DNA of 64,000 bases from Planctomycetota bacterium (GTDB lineage Bacteria > Planctomycetota > UBA8108 > SXIK01): positions 4,091,822-4,155,821 of the forward strand of contig OZ244999.1 of the NCBI GenBank assembly GCA_965223265.1, given 5' to 3'. This document shows positions 28,143 through 37,347 of this stretch, in pieces (position 1 is the stretch's first letter; each line of letters starts with the position of its first letter). The notes under the pieces are model-generated. The model saw only the letters and a program-made list of their open reading frames with translations, was not told where the DNA came from and did no database searches. Both the position numbers and the translations under genes were made by a program.

Positions 28143-29261
28143 TCAGCCCGTACACGCCGCGTGCAGCTCGTCGCAACTCGTGACGCTACGATCGATCGAT
28201 CCGTCGTCGTCGACGTCGATGTCAACGCGCAGATCGGAGTTGTAAGTCACACGTGCAGTCTCACCGGTGTTCACGATGGTCACGATGAGCTCGCCACCGA
28301 TCGGACAGTCGGTGCCATCCGGGATTTCGAGCGGTGTGACCGTTGTGAAACTGACGGCACCCAGGCAGCCCATCGACGCTTCGCCGCTGATGCTGACGAA
28401 CGTCGAGCCAGTGCCCTGCTGTACCGTGACGACGAAGTTGTTGTAGGACTGCCTCGTGCGCTCACCGGTGCTGCGGTCGTTGACGTCGAGCACGCCGTCG
28501 ACCGAGATCGTCGTGTCGCAGGAGCTGGGAAGATTCGCGACGACGATGGATAGATTCTCTGCCGTGATTGACGCGTCGACATCATCGTCTACGGAAATGA
28601 AATCCATAGTGAAGGTGCCGGAGAGGCTGCCGCCGGTCGTGCACCCGGGTTCTAGACTGCCGCTGGCGGACATGGTGCCGTTGACGAAAACGCGCGCAAC
28701 CTGGACGGAACTGACGCGAGACGTGATTGTGAAGTTGTTGAAAGTCGCCGTAAAATCAGTGCCATCGACGAGACCCGCGTCGCATACGAGAGGGTCATCG
28801 ACAATCACTTGGTAGCTGCCGGTCACTGTGACTTCGGTGCCGCTGTCGTCTTCGACGCAATTGAGGGCAGCAACGTTTAGGATGCTCTGGTCGCCGATGA
28901 CATCACATGACACCTGCAGGCTGCCGCTGGTCCCGCAGTCGATCGTCGCGACCGCCTTCTCGGCGCCGCCGACGGTGAGTCGTTCATTCACTAGGTTGCC
29001 AGCGCCCAAGCGCGAGAGAAGCCGCGACTTCAACCACTCTGATCCGTCGGTCGCAGTCCCAACGTCCGTGTCGAAGCCGACAATCCCTTCTAGCCCAGCG
29101 ACCGAGAGCTGGCCCATCGCCGCCGACGTTTCAGCGGCGTCGGCGCCTTCCGGGGGCGGAGCGCTGCTGCCTCCCCCACTGCTGCAACCGGAGGCGACGA
29201 TCACACCGATGCCCAGGATCGAGAGTGCGACGAGTCTCGCAAAACACGATGCTCTGTTCAT
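28143..29261 (-). CDS. Hypothetical lipoprotein, beta-rich, Ser/Thr/Asp/Gly/Val-rich
   Basis: N-terminus MNRASCFARLVALSILGIGVIVASGCSS (lipobox-like VASGC). Coherent 372-aa ORF. No family recognised. Confidence 0.5.
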   Translation of the reverse strand: MNRASCFARLVALSILGIGVIVASGCSSGGGSSAPPPEGADAAETSAAMGQLSVAGLEGIVGFDTDVGTATDGSEWLKSRLLSRLGAGNLVNERLTVGGAEKAVATIDCGTSGSLQVSCDVIGDQSILNVAALNCVEDDSGTEVTVTGSYQVIVDDPLVCDAGLVDGTDFTATFNNFTITSRVSSVQVARVFVNGTMSASGSLEPGCTTGGSLSGTFTMDFISVDDDVDASITAENLSIVVANLPSSCDTTISVDGVLDVNDRSTGERTRQSYNNFVVTVQQGTGSTFVSISGEASMGCLGAVSFTTVTPLEIPDGTDCPIGGELIVTIVNTGETARVTYNSDLRVDIDVDDDGSIDRSVTSCDELHAACTG

Positions 29262-29462
29262 GACTATCTCCTTACGCCGATAGCGGGCGTGATCTGAGGA
29301 GATCTTCCGCGCCCGCCGGTGAGTACATCAAGACTCAATGAACGTTTTGTCGGCGCTCATCGTAAGGATCGATTAGCTAGAGAGAGCGAAGGGGAACGTG
29401 GCAAGATTTATGGCAACCCACGCCCACGATACCGGTCGTTCCCGGGGGTGAAGTCACCAGCG

Positions 29463-30833
29463 TCAGAATCGAGCTTTGCTCGCCCGAGGCAGGGGCCAAT
29501 CGTCTGGCAGGCCAATCTTGGTGTCGACAAGAATCGCGAGCACGGCCTCGCGCTCCGCAGGCGGGATCGACGCCGAGACGCCTCGAGCATTTGTTTCGCC
29601 GGTCAGCACTTTCAGCAGCTCGGTGTAGATCCAATCGAGAAGCGGCGTCGGCAACGCGTCAAAGGCATCCGAATAGATCAGATAGCTGCAAGGATACTTG
29701 AACAGCCTGGTCGTTAGATCGAGTTGACGCAGCGACCGACCCAGGCGGTCCTTGGTGCCCCGCGCGACGAATTCGTCGGCAAATCCTGTGCTGCCGCGCA
29801 TCGGGACGGGCAGGGGGGCTTGCTCGAGGAGCAGCAACTCGCGCAGCAAGCGACCTCCGGCTTGAGCGATACGGCGCCTCGCGGAGGAACCGAGATATTC
29901 GCTGTCGCGGCCGTCGAGTCGGTTCAACGTCTCTTGTTGGTAGAGGGCAAGACGCACCTGATACGAGGCGGCAGCGATGGCATTGTGGAGACTCGTTTGA
30001 TGGTCGTGGACCAGGAGCGCGACAAGGTCGCTGTGCGATGTGACGTAGGGCGTCGTATCAAACAGAGTCGCAAGGTCGACATCATTTTTGTGCTGCGCCG
30101 CAAGGATCGACTCCGGCGTTGATGCGTCGCGAAGAACCCGATTGCCCATGTGTCGAGGCGGCACGTTCTTCCCCGTAACGTACCATCCCCCCCATCGCTC
30201 TTCGATCGGTGTTGCGTATGTGACGTCGATCGTACCGGCACGAAACAGCGGCAGCCCGCTCGCCAGCGGATACACCGATCGCACCAAGTGTCCAGGAACT
30301 CCGCGTGTGCGCCGCGAGTGGTGGCACTGAAGGCAAGAACCTCGATCGCGCTCGAAGCGCGGCGCCGTGACCGGCGACTGTACGAGGGTGTAGAAGACCG
30401 CGCCGCGTTCTGGGTCCACGGCTGAGATCTCTAAACGGTCGCCGCCTTGGACCCAGCCAACGTAGACATCTTCAGAGTAGTAGAGCGCCCTAGGTCTTCG
30501 CGGCGAGATGTGAGCCTGTTGCAGACTCGTCTTGGAAAACACGAGAAGCTGCGACGACGATGAAACGTCCAAGACCTCGAGTAGAGAATCGAGATAACCC
30601 CGCGTGCCGTGGTACTCGAGCTCAGCGTCGCCACGGTCGAGACGTCGCTGCAGCTCAGCAATCGGATCGCGCGTCGGACCGACGTGATAGTTAAACGGCG
30701 GCGCGTCGACCTCGAACTCGACGGCGGGGACCGACTCACGCAGGAGTCCGAGCAGAACAAAAATCGTGGACAGCCCCGTGCCAAGGCGTCGCCAATGGCG
30801 CGCCCTTCGGGGCCTCTCGTGTGGAGGCATCAT
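29463..30833 (-). CDS. Hypothetical secreted protein with a single CxxCH heme-binding motif
   Basis: Start at MMPPHERPRRARHWRRLGTGLSTIFVLLGLL (signal-like). Motif GSCLQCHHS. About 456 aa. Could belong to planctomycete cytochrome-like DUF families, but this was not verified. Confidence 0.55.
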   Translation of the reverse strand: MMPPHERPRRARHWRRLGTGLSTIFVLLGLLRESVPAVEFEVDAPPFNYHVGPTRDPIAELQRRLDRGDAELEYHGTRGYLDSLLEVLDVSSSSQLLVFSKTSLQQAHISPRRPRALYYSEDVYVGWVQGGDRLEISAVDPERGAVFYTLVQSPVTAPRFERDRGSCLQCHHSRRTRGVPGHLVRSVYPLASGLPLFRAGTIDVTYATPIEERWGGWYVTGKNVPPRHMGNRVLRDASTPESILAAQHKNDVDLATLFDTTPYVTSHSDLVALLVHDHQTSLHNAIAAASYQVRLALYQQETLNRLDGRDSEYLGSSARRRIAQAGGRLLRELLLLEQAPLPVPMRGSTGFADEFVARGTKDRLGRSLRQLDLTTRLFKYPCSYLIYSDAFDALPTPLLDWIYTELLKVLTGETNARGVSASIPPAEREAVLAILVDTKIGLPDDWPLPRASKARF

Positions 30834-31031
30834 CGTTTGAGGGCTCGAGTGTAACCCAAAGCGAGCAGGCATTTGAGCGCCCGGCGACACCCCGCGTCCC
30901 ATTTGCCCAACAAATCGGCCGATAACTCTTGCGTAAGGCAAACGTTCCGCTAACATGATGGAATCGCCTCCAATCCAGTCGCGCAGCATGGCAGGAGTGT
31001 CCATATCCCACGAGACAGAGGAGTTCTCGAT

Positions 31032-31298
31032 ATGGCCGTTGAATCCGCTCAGGACCTGCATCGCAACGATACTTGGTTGTCCCAGTACCGCTGGCTTCTC
31101 CACGTCCCCGATCTCGACGGGGACCTTCGCCGACTACAACGCCTTGTGGCGTTGGCTCTAGAGTACAGCGCCGAGGGTGATGACGTGGTCGAGGAGTTGA
31201 CCGCGGCTATCCGACGCGTCGCCGGCCGCCATGCGTCGGTTCTCGAGTCGCTGAGGCCAGAGCAGCGGGCAACTCAGAGCGACATCTTTCTCGGCTAG
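31032..31298 (+). CDS. Small hypothetical protein (88 aa)
   Basis: ATG preceded by GAGGAG at ~9 nt. Protein-like helical sequence (LSQYRWLLHVPDLDGDLRRLQRLVALALEY...). Upstream of the transporter operon. Unknown family. Confidence 0.35.
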   Translation: MAVESAQDLHRNDTWLSQYRWLLHVPDLDGDLRRLQRLVALALEYSAEGDDVVEELTAAIRRVAGRHASVLESLRPEQRATQSDIFLG

Positions 31299-31414
31299 TC
31301 GCCCAGGTCGCTCGTTGCCACTGAGCTCGCCAGCCGAGGATCAAGCCGCCGCGACGAGGTCAAAATCGGCGAGACGCGCCCGACCCCTTGACAACGGCGC
31401 ACTGTGGTCCAACC

Positions 31415-32707
31415 ATGGTCGCTCACCCGAGAAGCGAACTCATGCAAGACCGCAAACTGCCGCCAGGTGGTGGCAACGTCATCTGGGTGCTCTGGATTAC
31501 GTACGGCGCGTTTTACTTTTGCCGGACGAATATCTCGGCGACGGTCCCGAGCCTCGAGCGAGATCTCGGGCTGTCGAAGGAGCAGATCGGCCAGATCCTC
31601 GGTGCGCTCAAGCTGGCGTATGGCTTCGGTCAGTTCATCAACGGACAGCTGGCCGAGAGGGTCTCACCACGGATCTTGCTGGCCGTCGGCATGGTGACGT
31701 CTGCTGCACTTAACGTCGCGTTCGGGCTCGCCGAAGGATTCTATTTCCTCCTTTTCATCTGGGCACTCAACGGCTACTTCCAATCGCTCGGTTGGACGCC
31801 CTGCATGCGCGTCGCTGGTAACTGGTTTTCTCCGGTGCAGCGCGGCTTTGCGATTGGGGTGATCGGGACGGGATATCAAGCGACGGCGGCAGTCACCTAC
31901 CTCGTCTCAACGCAGGCCGTGGAGCACTTTGGTTGGCGCTTCGCTCTGTACATTCCGGCTGCGATGCTGTTTGCGGCCAGCGTCCATATGTTGCTTTTTC
32001 TCAAAGAGGGAAGACATAGTCCTCAGGGCGGTTTGCATCCGGCCACTTCAGCGCGCGGTCGACCGCCAATCGCCAAGACCGTCATGGCGACGCTCACGAA
32101 CCCGTCGCTTTGGATCTTCGCGGTAGCTCTTGGCCTCCTGAATGCGTGTCGCTACGGTTTTCTTGATTGGGGCATCGCTCACCTGCACGAGGTGCGTGAA
32201 GAGTCGGTCGGCAAAGCGGGCATCAAGTACATGCTTCTACCTCTCGGCGGCATTCTCGGCGCGTTTCTCTCCGGTTGGGTAAGCGACCGTATGTTCGCCG
32301 GACGGCGCGCCCCAGTGATCTGCCTCCTTCTCTTGTCGCTCGGCGCTCTGACGCTTTGGTATCGCGTCGCGGTCACAATGGGCGACGCCGCCACCATCAT
32401 CACACTGGTGTTCATCGGTTTCACGATCTACGGCCCGCAAGTGCTTCTTGTGGGTACCGCCCCCGTCGACTTCGCGCGCGACGGTGCTGGCGCAGCTGCG
32501 GTAGGCTTCGTGAACTGCATGGGATACATGGGAGCGTACGCCGGGGACGCAGTCACCGGGATACTGACCGCGAACTATAATTGGCGTGTGGCGCTGTCGT
32601 TCTGGGCGGCGTGCGCCTTTGCCGCGGCTGTTCTCGTCGCGATCTTGTGGGGCCGCAGCGCGGTCGAAGAGAAAGGCGAAAGCGCGGCGCAACCGCCCGC
32701 AACGTAG
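31415..32707 (+). CDS. MFS transporter, organophosphate:Pi antiporter (OPA; GlpT/UhpT/PgtP-like) family
   Basis: 12-TM profile. N-terminal WITYGAFYFCRTNIS resembles the GlpT-family first helix. Start ambiguous between 31388 (TTG), 31415 and 31442. Confidence 0.8.
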   Translation: MVAHPRSELMQDRKLPPGGGNVIWVLWITYGAFYFCRTNISATVPSLERDLGLSKEQIGQILGALKLAYGFGQFINGQLAERVSPRILLAVGMVTSAALNVAFGLAEGFYFLLFIWALNGYFQSLGWTPCMRVAGNWFSPVQRGFAIGVIGTGYQATAAVTYLVSTQAVEHFGWRFALYIPAAMLFAASVHMLLFLKEGRHSPQGGLHPATSARGRPPIAKTVMATLTNPSLWIFAVALGLLNACRYGFLDWGIAHLHEVREESVGKAGIKYMLLPLGGILGAFLSGWVSDRMFAGRRAPVICLLLLSLGALTLWYRVAVTMGDAATIITLVFIGFTIYGPQVLLVGTAPVDFARDGAGAAAVGFVNCMGYMGAYAGDAVTGILTANYNWRVALSFWAACAFAAAVLVAILWGRSAVEEKGESAAQPPAT

Positions 32708-32756
32708 CCACCGATCATCGCCCACGCTAGGAATCGCCACCCCGAGAAGGAATCTC

Positions 32757-33515
32757 ATGAAAGCCATCATCATCGGCGCCGGCCGCGGAAGACGACTCAT
32801 GCCGACGACTGCCGACACTCCCAAGTGCTTCGCCGAGGTGCAAGGCCGACGGATTCTTGACTGGATCCTCGAAGCCTTCGCGGGCGCGGGAATCACAGAC
32901 GTCTGCTTCATCGGCGGCTACCAGATCGACAAAGTTCGTGCTGATTACCCAAGTTTCGAATTCCGCCATAATCGAGACTGGGAGACGAACAACATCCTCG
33001 CGTCGCTCATGCATGCAGAAGATGTGATGGACGCCCCGTTTGTCTGTTGCTACTCAGACATTCTGTTCACGACCGACGTCGTCGCGAGGCTGATGCGCGC
33101 TCCCAACTCTATCTCACTCGCAGTCGACACGCAGTGGCTCGATCGATATACGCTGCGCACACAGCACCCGACCGACGACGCGGAGAAAGTCACCGTAAAG
33201 GATGGGACGATCAATCGTATTCACCGCAGCATCGACAGCGACTCAGCGTTCGGCGAGTACATCGGTGTGGCAAAGTTCGATGCGGCGGGCGGTGCAACTC
33301 TCATCGAGCAGTACCACCGCGCGCGCGAAGCCCACAGCGGCAAGCCGTTTCGCGAGGCGGAGGTCTTTGCTAAGGCATACCTGATCCACCTTTTTCAGGA
33401 AATGATCGAACGCGGCGTCGAGCTATCGTATGTCGAGACTAAAGGAGGCTACATGGAGATCGACACACAAGAAGACTTTGAGCTCGCACAAACGCAATGG
33501 CGAGGTCGGGTATGA
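32757..33515 (+). CDS. Nucleotidyltransferase (cytidylyltransferase, LicC/PntC-like; NTP_transferase fold)
   Basis: MKAIIIGAGRGRRL (G-x-G-x-R-L) signature of sugar/phosphobase nucleotidyltransferases. GAAGGA Shine-Dalgarno sequence upstream. About 252 aa. Confidence 0.7.
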   Translation: MKAIIIGAGRGRRLMPTTADTPKCFAEVQGRRILDWILEAFAGAGITDVCFIGGYQIDKVRADYPSFEFRHNRDWETNNILASLMHAEDVMDAPFVCCYSDILFTTDVVARLMRAPNSISLAVDTQWLDRYTLRTQHPTDDAEKVTVKDGTINRIHRSIDSDSAFGEYIGVAKFDAAGGATLIEQYHRAREAHSGKPFREAEVFAKAYLIHLFQEMIERGVELSYVETKGGYMEIDTQEDFELAQTQWRGRV

Positions 33516-34576
33516 CACCGGCGACGCTCTTCCCCAGTTCCGTCGTAGGCTCGATGCCCCGCCCGGCGTTTGTCCGGGAGCTGCTGAGTCAACAGGCTGA
33601 TCTGGCACCGCACGAATTTCGCCAGGCGATGGAACGCGCTGTCGCCTACGTCGTGTCTCTGCAGGAGCAAGCCGGACTCGACGTCGTCACCGATGGAGAG
33701 TGGTGGCGAAAATCGTATATCGGGATTATCGCGCAGCTCGCACACGGATTCGAACTCAGCCAGAGCCCCGACGGACGCCCTTGGACGATCGTCGTCGATA
33801 AGCTGTCGGCGAAGAAACCCGGGGCCGTTGCTGCCGAGATCAAGTATCTCAAACAGCTGACGACACGCCGCGTCAAAGCCACGTTGCCATCACCGGCGCT
33901 TCTTGGTGAACGCATGTGGGATCGCGAACGGTCGAGTGCAGCTTACCCGACGCGTGAAGCCTTTGTTCGCGACTGTGTGCCTGTCCTACGCCGCGAGTTG
34001 GAGCTCGTACGAGACGCGGGTGCCGATATCGTACAAATCGACGACCCACACCTCTGCCTCTTCGTCGATCCAAGCGTCAGGGAACGCTACGACGACCCTG
34101 AGGCTGCAGCACTCTTCGCGGCTGAGGTCGTCAACGAGGTCGTCGACGGCGTCGATGGCGTCCACTTGGCTGTCCACCTCTGTAGGCGCGCCGGAGCTCG
34201 AGTTCGGGGCGAAGCCGAGTTCCTCGGTGGGTATGATCCGATTCTGGACGCGCTCAATCGTCTGCGAGTCCACCACCTCACCATGGAGTTCACCGCGCCG
34301 GGCGTTGGTGATACCAGCGTGTTTCGGAAGCTCCGTGACGACTTCGAGATCGGGCTCGGTTGCGTCAGCGTCGAGCCTGGAAACGTCGACTCGGTCGACA
34401 CCATCGTCAAACGCGTCGAGCATGCCCTCGAATACCTCGCAGCCGAACGAGTGACGCTCAACCCCGACTGCGGTTTTGCCCCTGGTTCAGCGGCGGAGGT
34501 CAGCCTCGATGAGGTCTATCAAAAGCTCCGAAATGAAGCCGAAGCGTCGCGACAACTGCGGGCGAAATACGGCTGA
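33512..34576 (+). CDS. Cobalamin-independent methionine synthase (MetE) C-terminal-domain-like protein (UROD/MetE-like Zn methyltransferase fold)
   Basis: VQIDDPHL (cf. MetE IQIDEPA), HLCRRAG and NPDCGFA (cf. xPDCGL) Zn/His/Cys motifs. Start overlaps the previous stop in an ATGA arrangement, suggesting translational coupling. Confidence 0.7.
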   Translation: MTPATLFPSSVVGSMPRPAFVRELLSQQADLAPHEFRQAMERAVAYVVSLQEQAGLDVVTDGEWWRKSYIGIIAQLAHGFELSQSPDGRPWTIVVDKLSAKKPGAVAAEIKYLKQLTTRRVKATLPSPALLGERMWDRERSSAAYPTREAFVRDCVPVLRRELELVRDAGADIVQIDDPHLCLFVDPSVRERYDDPEAAALFAAEVVNEVVDGVDGVHLAVHLCRRAGARVRGEAEFLGGYDPILDALNRLRVHHLTMEFTAPGVGDTSVFRKLRDDFEIGLGCVSVEPGNVDSVDTIVKRVEHALEYLAAERVTLNPDCGFAPGSAAEVSLDEVYQKLRNEAEASRQLRAKYG

Positions 34577-34747
34577 TTCGATGAGAAAACGTCACACAGT
34601 GAACGCAGGACAACACCCCGACTAATCGTTCGTTTTTTGTTGCGCCGACTCAGATCCACCTCTAGTCTTGGCCTACTGTGTGTCTGCACGTGCCGTGGGC
34701 ATGTGTCCGAGGCCTCAAACACGGGGGACCAAGCGGGAGGGCGCTTC

Positions 34748-36409
34748 ATGCGTGACGCTGGAAACGTTGCGACACCATCACCATTGACACCATCACCATT
34801 GTCGTGCGCACGGTGCGGAGTTGCGGTGATGATCATCTCCGTATTCTGCACTCAATCCACCTCGGCACAGGAAGGCAGCGGTCTCGTCCGCGGGCCATAT
34901 CTGCAGGCTCTCGCCATCGATTCGGTGGAGATCATCTGGTTCACGCGCGACGTGGAGGGCGTCGGCAGCGTTCGAGTCTTCACGACCGCTGGCGAGGGGA
35001 ACGCCATGCGGGTGGAGGAAGACCCGGCGACGGCGTGCAACCCGTTTCTCGCCGGTGAAACTTGCCATCGAGTCCGGCTGACCGGCCTCCTGGCCGGGAC
35101 GAACTACAGGTACGAGGTCTTCGCCGGCGACACCATGCTTGCGGGCGACGCCGCGACGCGGTTTCGGACGACTCCCGAGCGTCAACATGGCGTCACGTCG
35201 TTCGCCATCCTCGGTGACAGCGGCGTCGCGCAGCCCTCCCAAGATCTCGTTTCGGAAATCGTCCGCGAAATCGACCCCGACGCGATCCTTCACACCGGCG
35301 ACCTGGACTACCTCGGCGACGTCGACAAGAGCGTCTTCGGACCCTACAAGGATCTTTTGTCGCGCTACTGCTTCTTTCCGGCGCGAGGCAATCACGACTT
35401 GAGCTTCAAGTTCGAGGAGATCTTCTTCGTTCCCGAAATCGACGCCATGCCGAAGCGCACGTTTTACTCGTTCAATGCAGGCAGCGCGCACTTCGTCGTC
35501 CTCGACACCAGCGTGCAGGAGACCGGCAATCTCCTTGGCGACGAGCAGTTGACTTGGCTCTGCGATGACCTTTCGAGCGGCCACGGCCAGGAGTGGACCA
35601 TCGTTCTGACTCATAAGTGTTTCTTCACAATCGGCCTCCATGCGACCGAGGCGACCGTCGCACTGCGGCATGCTCTCTCTCCGATCTTCGATCAGTTCAA
35701 CGTTGATTTGGTGATCTCCGGTCACGATCACAACTACCAGCGCACGCACCCGGTGCGTATGAACGACACGCGGAGCTGCGGCACCCAGGCACCGCTCAAC
35801 TGCGAGGCGACACCAGAGTCCTGCTACACGACGCGCGAGGATGTCTTTCCCGGGCCACACTACGTCTACCCCGACAGCCCGATCTACTTGATCAGCGGCG
35901 GCGGTGGTCAGAGGCTCTATCCGCTGCACCCCAGCGCCGGCAAGCCAGAATTCGACGGCAAGTTCTCGAGTTTCTTCGAAAGCGCCTGGCACACGGTAGA
36001 ACTTGAAGCCACGCCGGCGATGCTCAAGGTTCGCGGCATCCGCATCGTCAACCCGAACGACCGTCAGGAAGGCGATCCGTTCGGTGAGTCCTTCGACGTC
36101 TTCAGTGTCAGCAAGATGCGCCTCCTGCGCGGCGACATGAACTTCGACCGCGGGCTCGATCTGGCCGATCCCGTGGCACTCCTCAACAGTCTCTTTCTCG
36201 GTCAGTCTGCCGACTGCCTGGCGGCTGGCAACGTCAACGGCGACGAAGCGATCGACCTCGCAGACGCCGTGTACTTGTTGATCCACCTTTTCGACAGCGG
36301 TCCGCCGCCAAGCGCTCCTTATCCGGAGTGCGGCCCGATCCGCGACGCGAACGCCCCCGTACTCCTTGGCGAGGGCGATGTGAATTTGTGCCTGAGGAAC
36401 GGGTGCTGA
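34748..36409 (+). CDS. Secreted calcineurin-like metallophosphoesterase (purple-acid-phosphatase-like) with C-terminal dockerin-like domain
   Basis: GDSG...HTGDLDY...RGNHD...GHDHNYQR metallophosphatase motifs. C-terminal RGDMNFDRGLDLADPVALLNSLF...NVNGDEAIDLADAVYLLIHLF. Start ambiguous (34637 vs 34748). Confidence 0.8.
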   Translation: MRDAGNVATPSPLTPSPLSCARCGVAVMIISVFCTQSTSAQEGSGLVRGPYLQALAIDSVEIIWFTRDVEGVGSVRVFTTAGEGNAMRVEEDPATACNPFLAGETCHRVRLTGLLAGTNYRYEVFAGDTMLAGDAATRFRTTPERQHGVTSFAILGDSGVAQPSQDLVSEIVREIDPDAILHTGDLDYLGDVDKSVFGPYKDLLSRYCFFPARGNHDLSFKFEEIFFVPEIDAMPKRTFYSFNAGSAHFVVLDTSVQETGNLLGDEQLTWLCDDLSSGHGQEWTIVLTHKCFFTIGLHATEATVALRHALSPIFDQFNVDLVISGHDHNYQRTHPVRMNDTRSCGTQAPLNCEATPESCYTTREDVFPGPHYVYPDSPIYLISGGGGQRLYPLHPSAGKPEFDGKFSSFFESAWHTVELEATPAMLKVRGIRIVNPNDRQEGDPFGESFDVFSVSKMRLLRGDMNFDRGLDLADPVALLNSLFLGQSADCLAAGNVNGDEAIDLADAVYLLIHLFDSGPPPSAPYPECGPIRDANAPVLLGEGDVNLCLRNGC

Positions 36410-36455
36410 GCGAGGCTTCCGAACGATCCACTGCAGCACGTGAACATGGGACAAT

Positions 36456-37160
36456 TCAGCGCGCCGCAATCGCAGCGTCGTCGAAGTCTTCGTTCTCTCG
36501 CAGACTTCGCAGTACGCGATATGAAGCGGCCTGCGTCGTCGCCACGAAGGCGGTCGCGAACGCCTTGACGATCGACCGAACTAAGATGGGAAGAGGTGAG
36601 CTCAGGTTCTTGCTCATCGCCTCGGTTGCGACGACGGAAGCCCAGAAGACGACGATCATCGTGAGTATGAAGAGGCGGAAAATCTCCCGTCGATTTCCCT
36701 CAGTGAGGATCTGACTCCTCGCAAACGCCTCGCGCACACTCGTGCGCTCGACCGCCGCAACCGGAATCGCCACCCAAAGAGAAGTTGCCACGACGAGACC
36801 AGGGAAGAAGAACAACGCGAAAGAGAGAATCGTCGCGGCACCGACGGAGAACCCGACAAGCACGATCCTGAGGAGTCGCGAAAACCCCATGAAAGACCCA
36901 AAAGCCAATCGGCCTCGATTCCCATCCTCGTTCCGTAGAACGCCGAGGGTGATCGTGCCCATCGCGATGGGCATTAAAGAGAGTCCGAGGAAGATCGCCG
37001 CTCCCCTTGGCTCGGCCGTTCCAGAGTGAACGCAATAGAGGAGAAGGAGCGTCTCCGGTAGATGGACGAGCAGCGCGACCACCATGAACGGCAAGACGTT
37101 CGCCAAGAAGGCTGCAACGGACTTGGCAAAGATGGGGACCGCTGTGAACTTTCTCATCAT
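36456..37160 (-). CDS. Hypothetical integral membrane protein (about 6 TM segments)
   Basis: Strongly hydrophobic segments throughout (LANVLPFMVVALLVHL, IVLVGFSVGAATILSFALFFFPGLVVATSLWVAIPVAAV, FRLFILTMIVVFWASVVA). Convergent with the phosphoesterase gene. Confidence 0.5.
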   Translation of the reverse strand: MMRKFTAVPIFAKSVAAFLANVLPFMVVALLVHLPETLLLLYCVHSGTAEPRGAAIFLGLSLMPIAMGTITLGVLRNEDGNRGRLAFGSFMGFSRLLRIVLVGFSVGAATILSFALFFFPGLVVATSLWVAIPVAAVERTSVREAFARSQILTEGNRREIFRLFILTMIVVFWASVVATEAMSKNLSSPLPILVRSIVKAFATAFVATTQAASYRVLRSLRENEDFDDAAIAAR

Positions 37161-37347
37161 CGCTGCTGTTCAACGAAGTGAATCGGAACGAACGGGAGAT
37201 TGTTGAGCAAGCAGGAGCCGGCTCCCAACCGGAAACGACGATCGGCTTCGCGGTAGGATAAACCGTGCGTCGCCTGACCTCCATGTGGATGACAAAAAGG
37301 GGAGAGCAAGCTCTCCCCTCCTCCGGCAAACAGACTTCTACTGTCGA

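Noticed and set aside
34793-36469. 558-aa ORF on the minus strand
   Set aside because: Antisense to the metallophosphoesterase gene, whose motifs are unambiguous on the plus strand. A high-GC shadow ORF.
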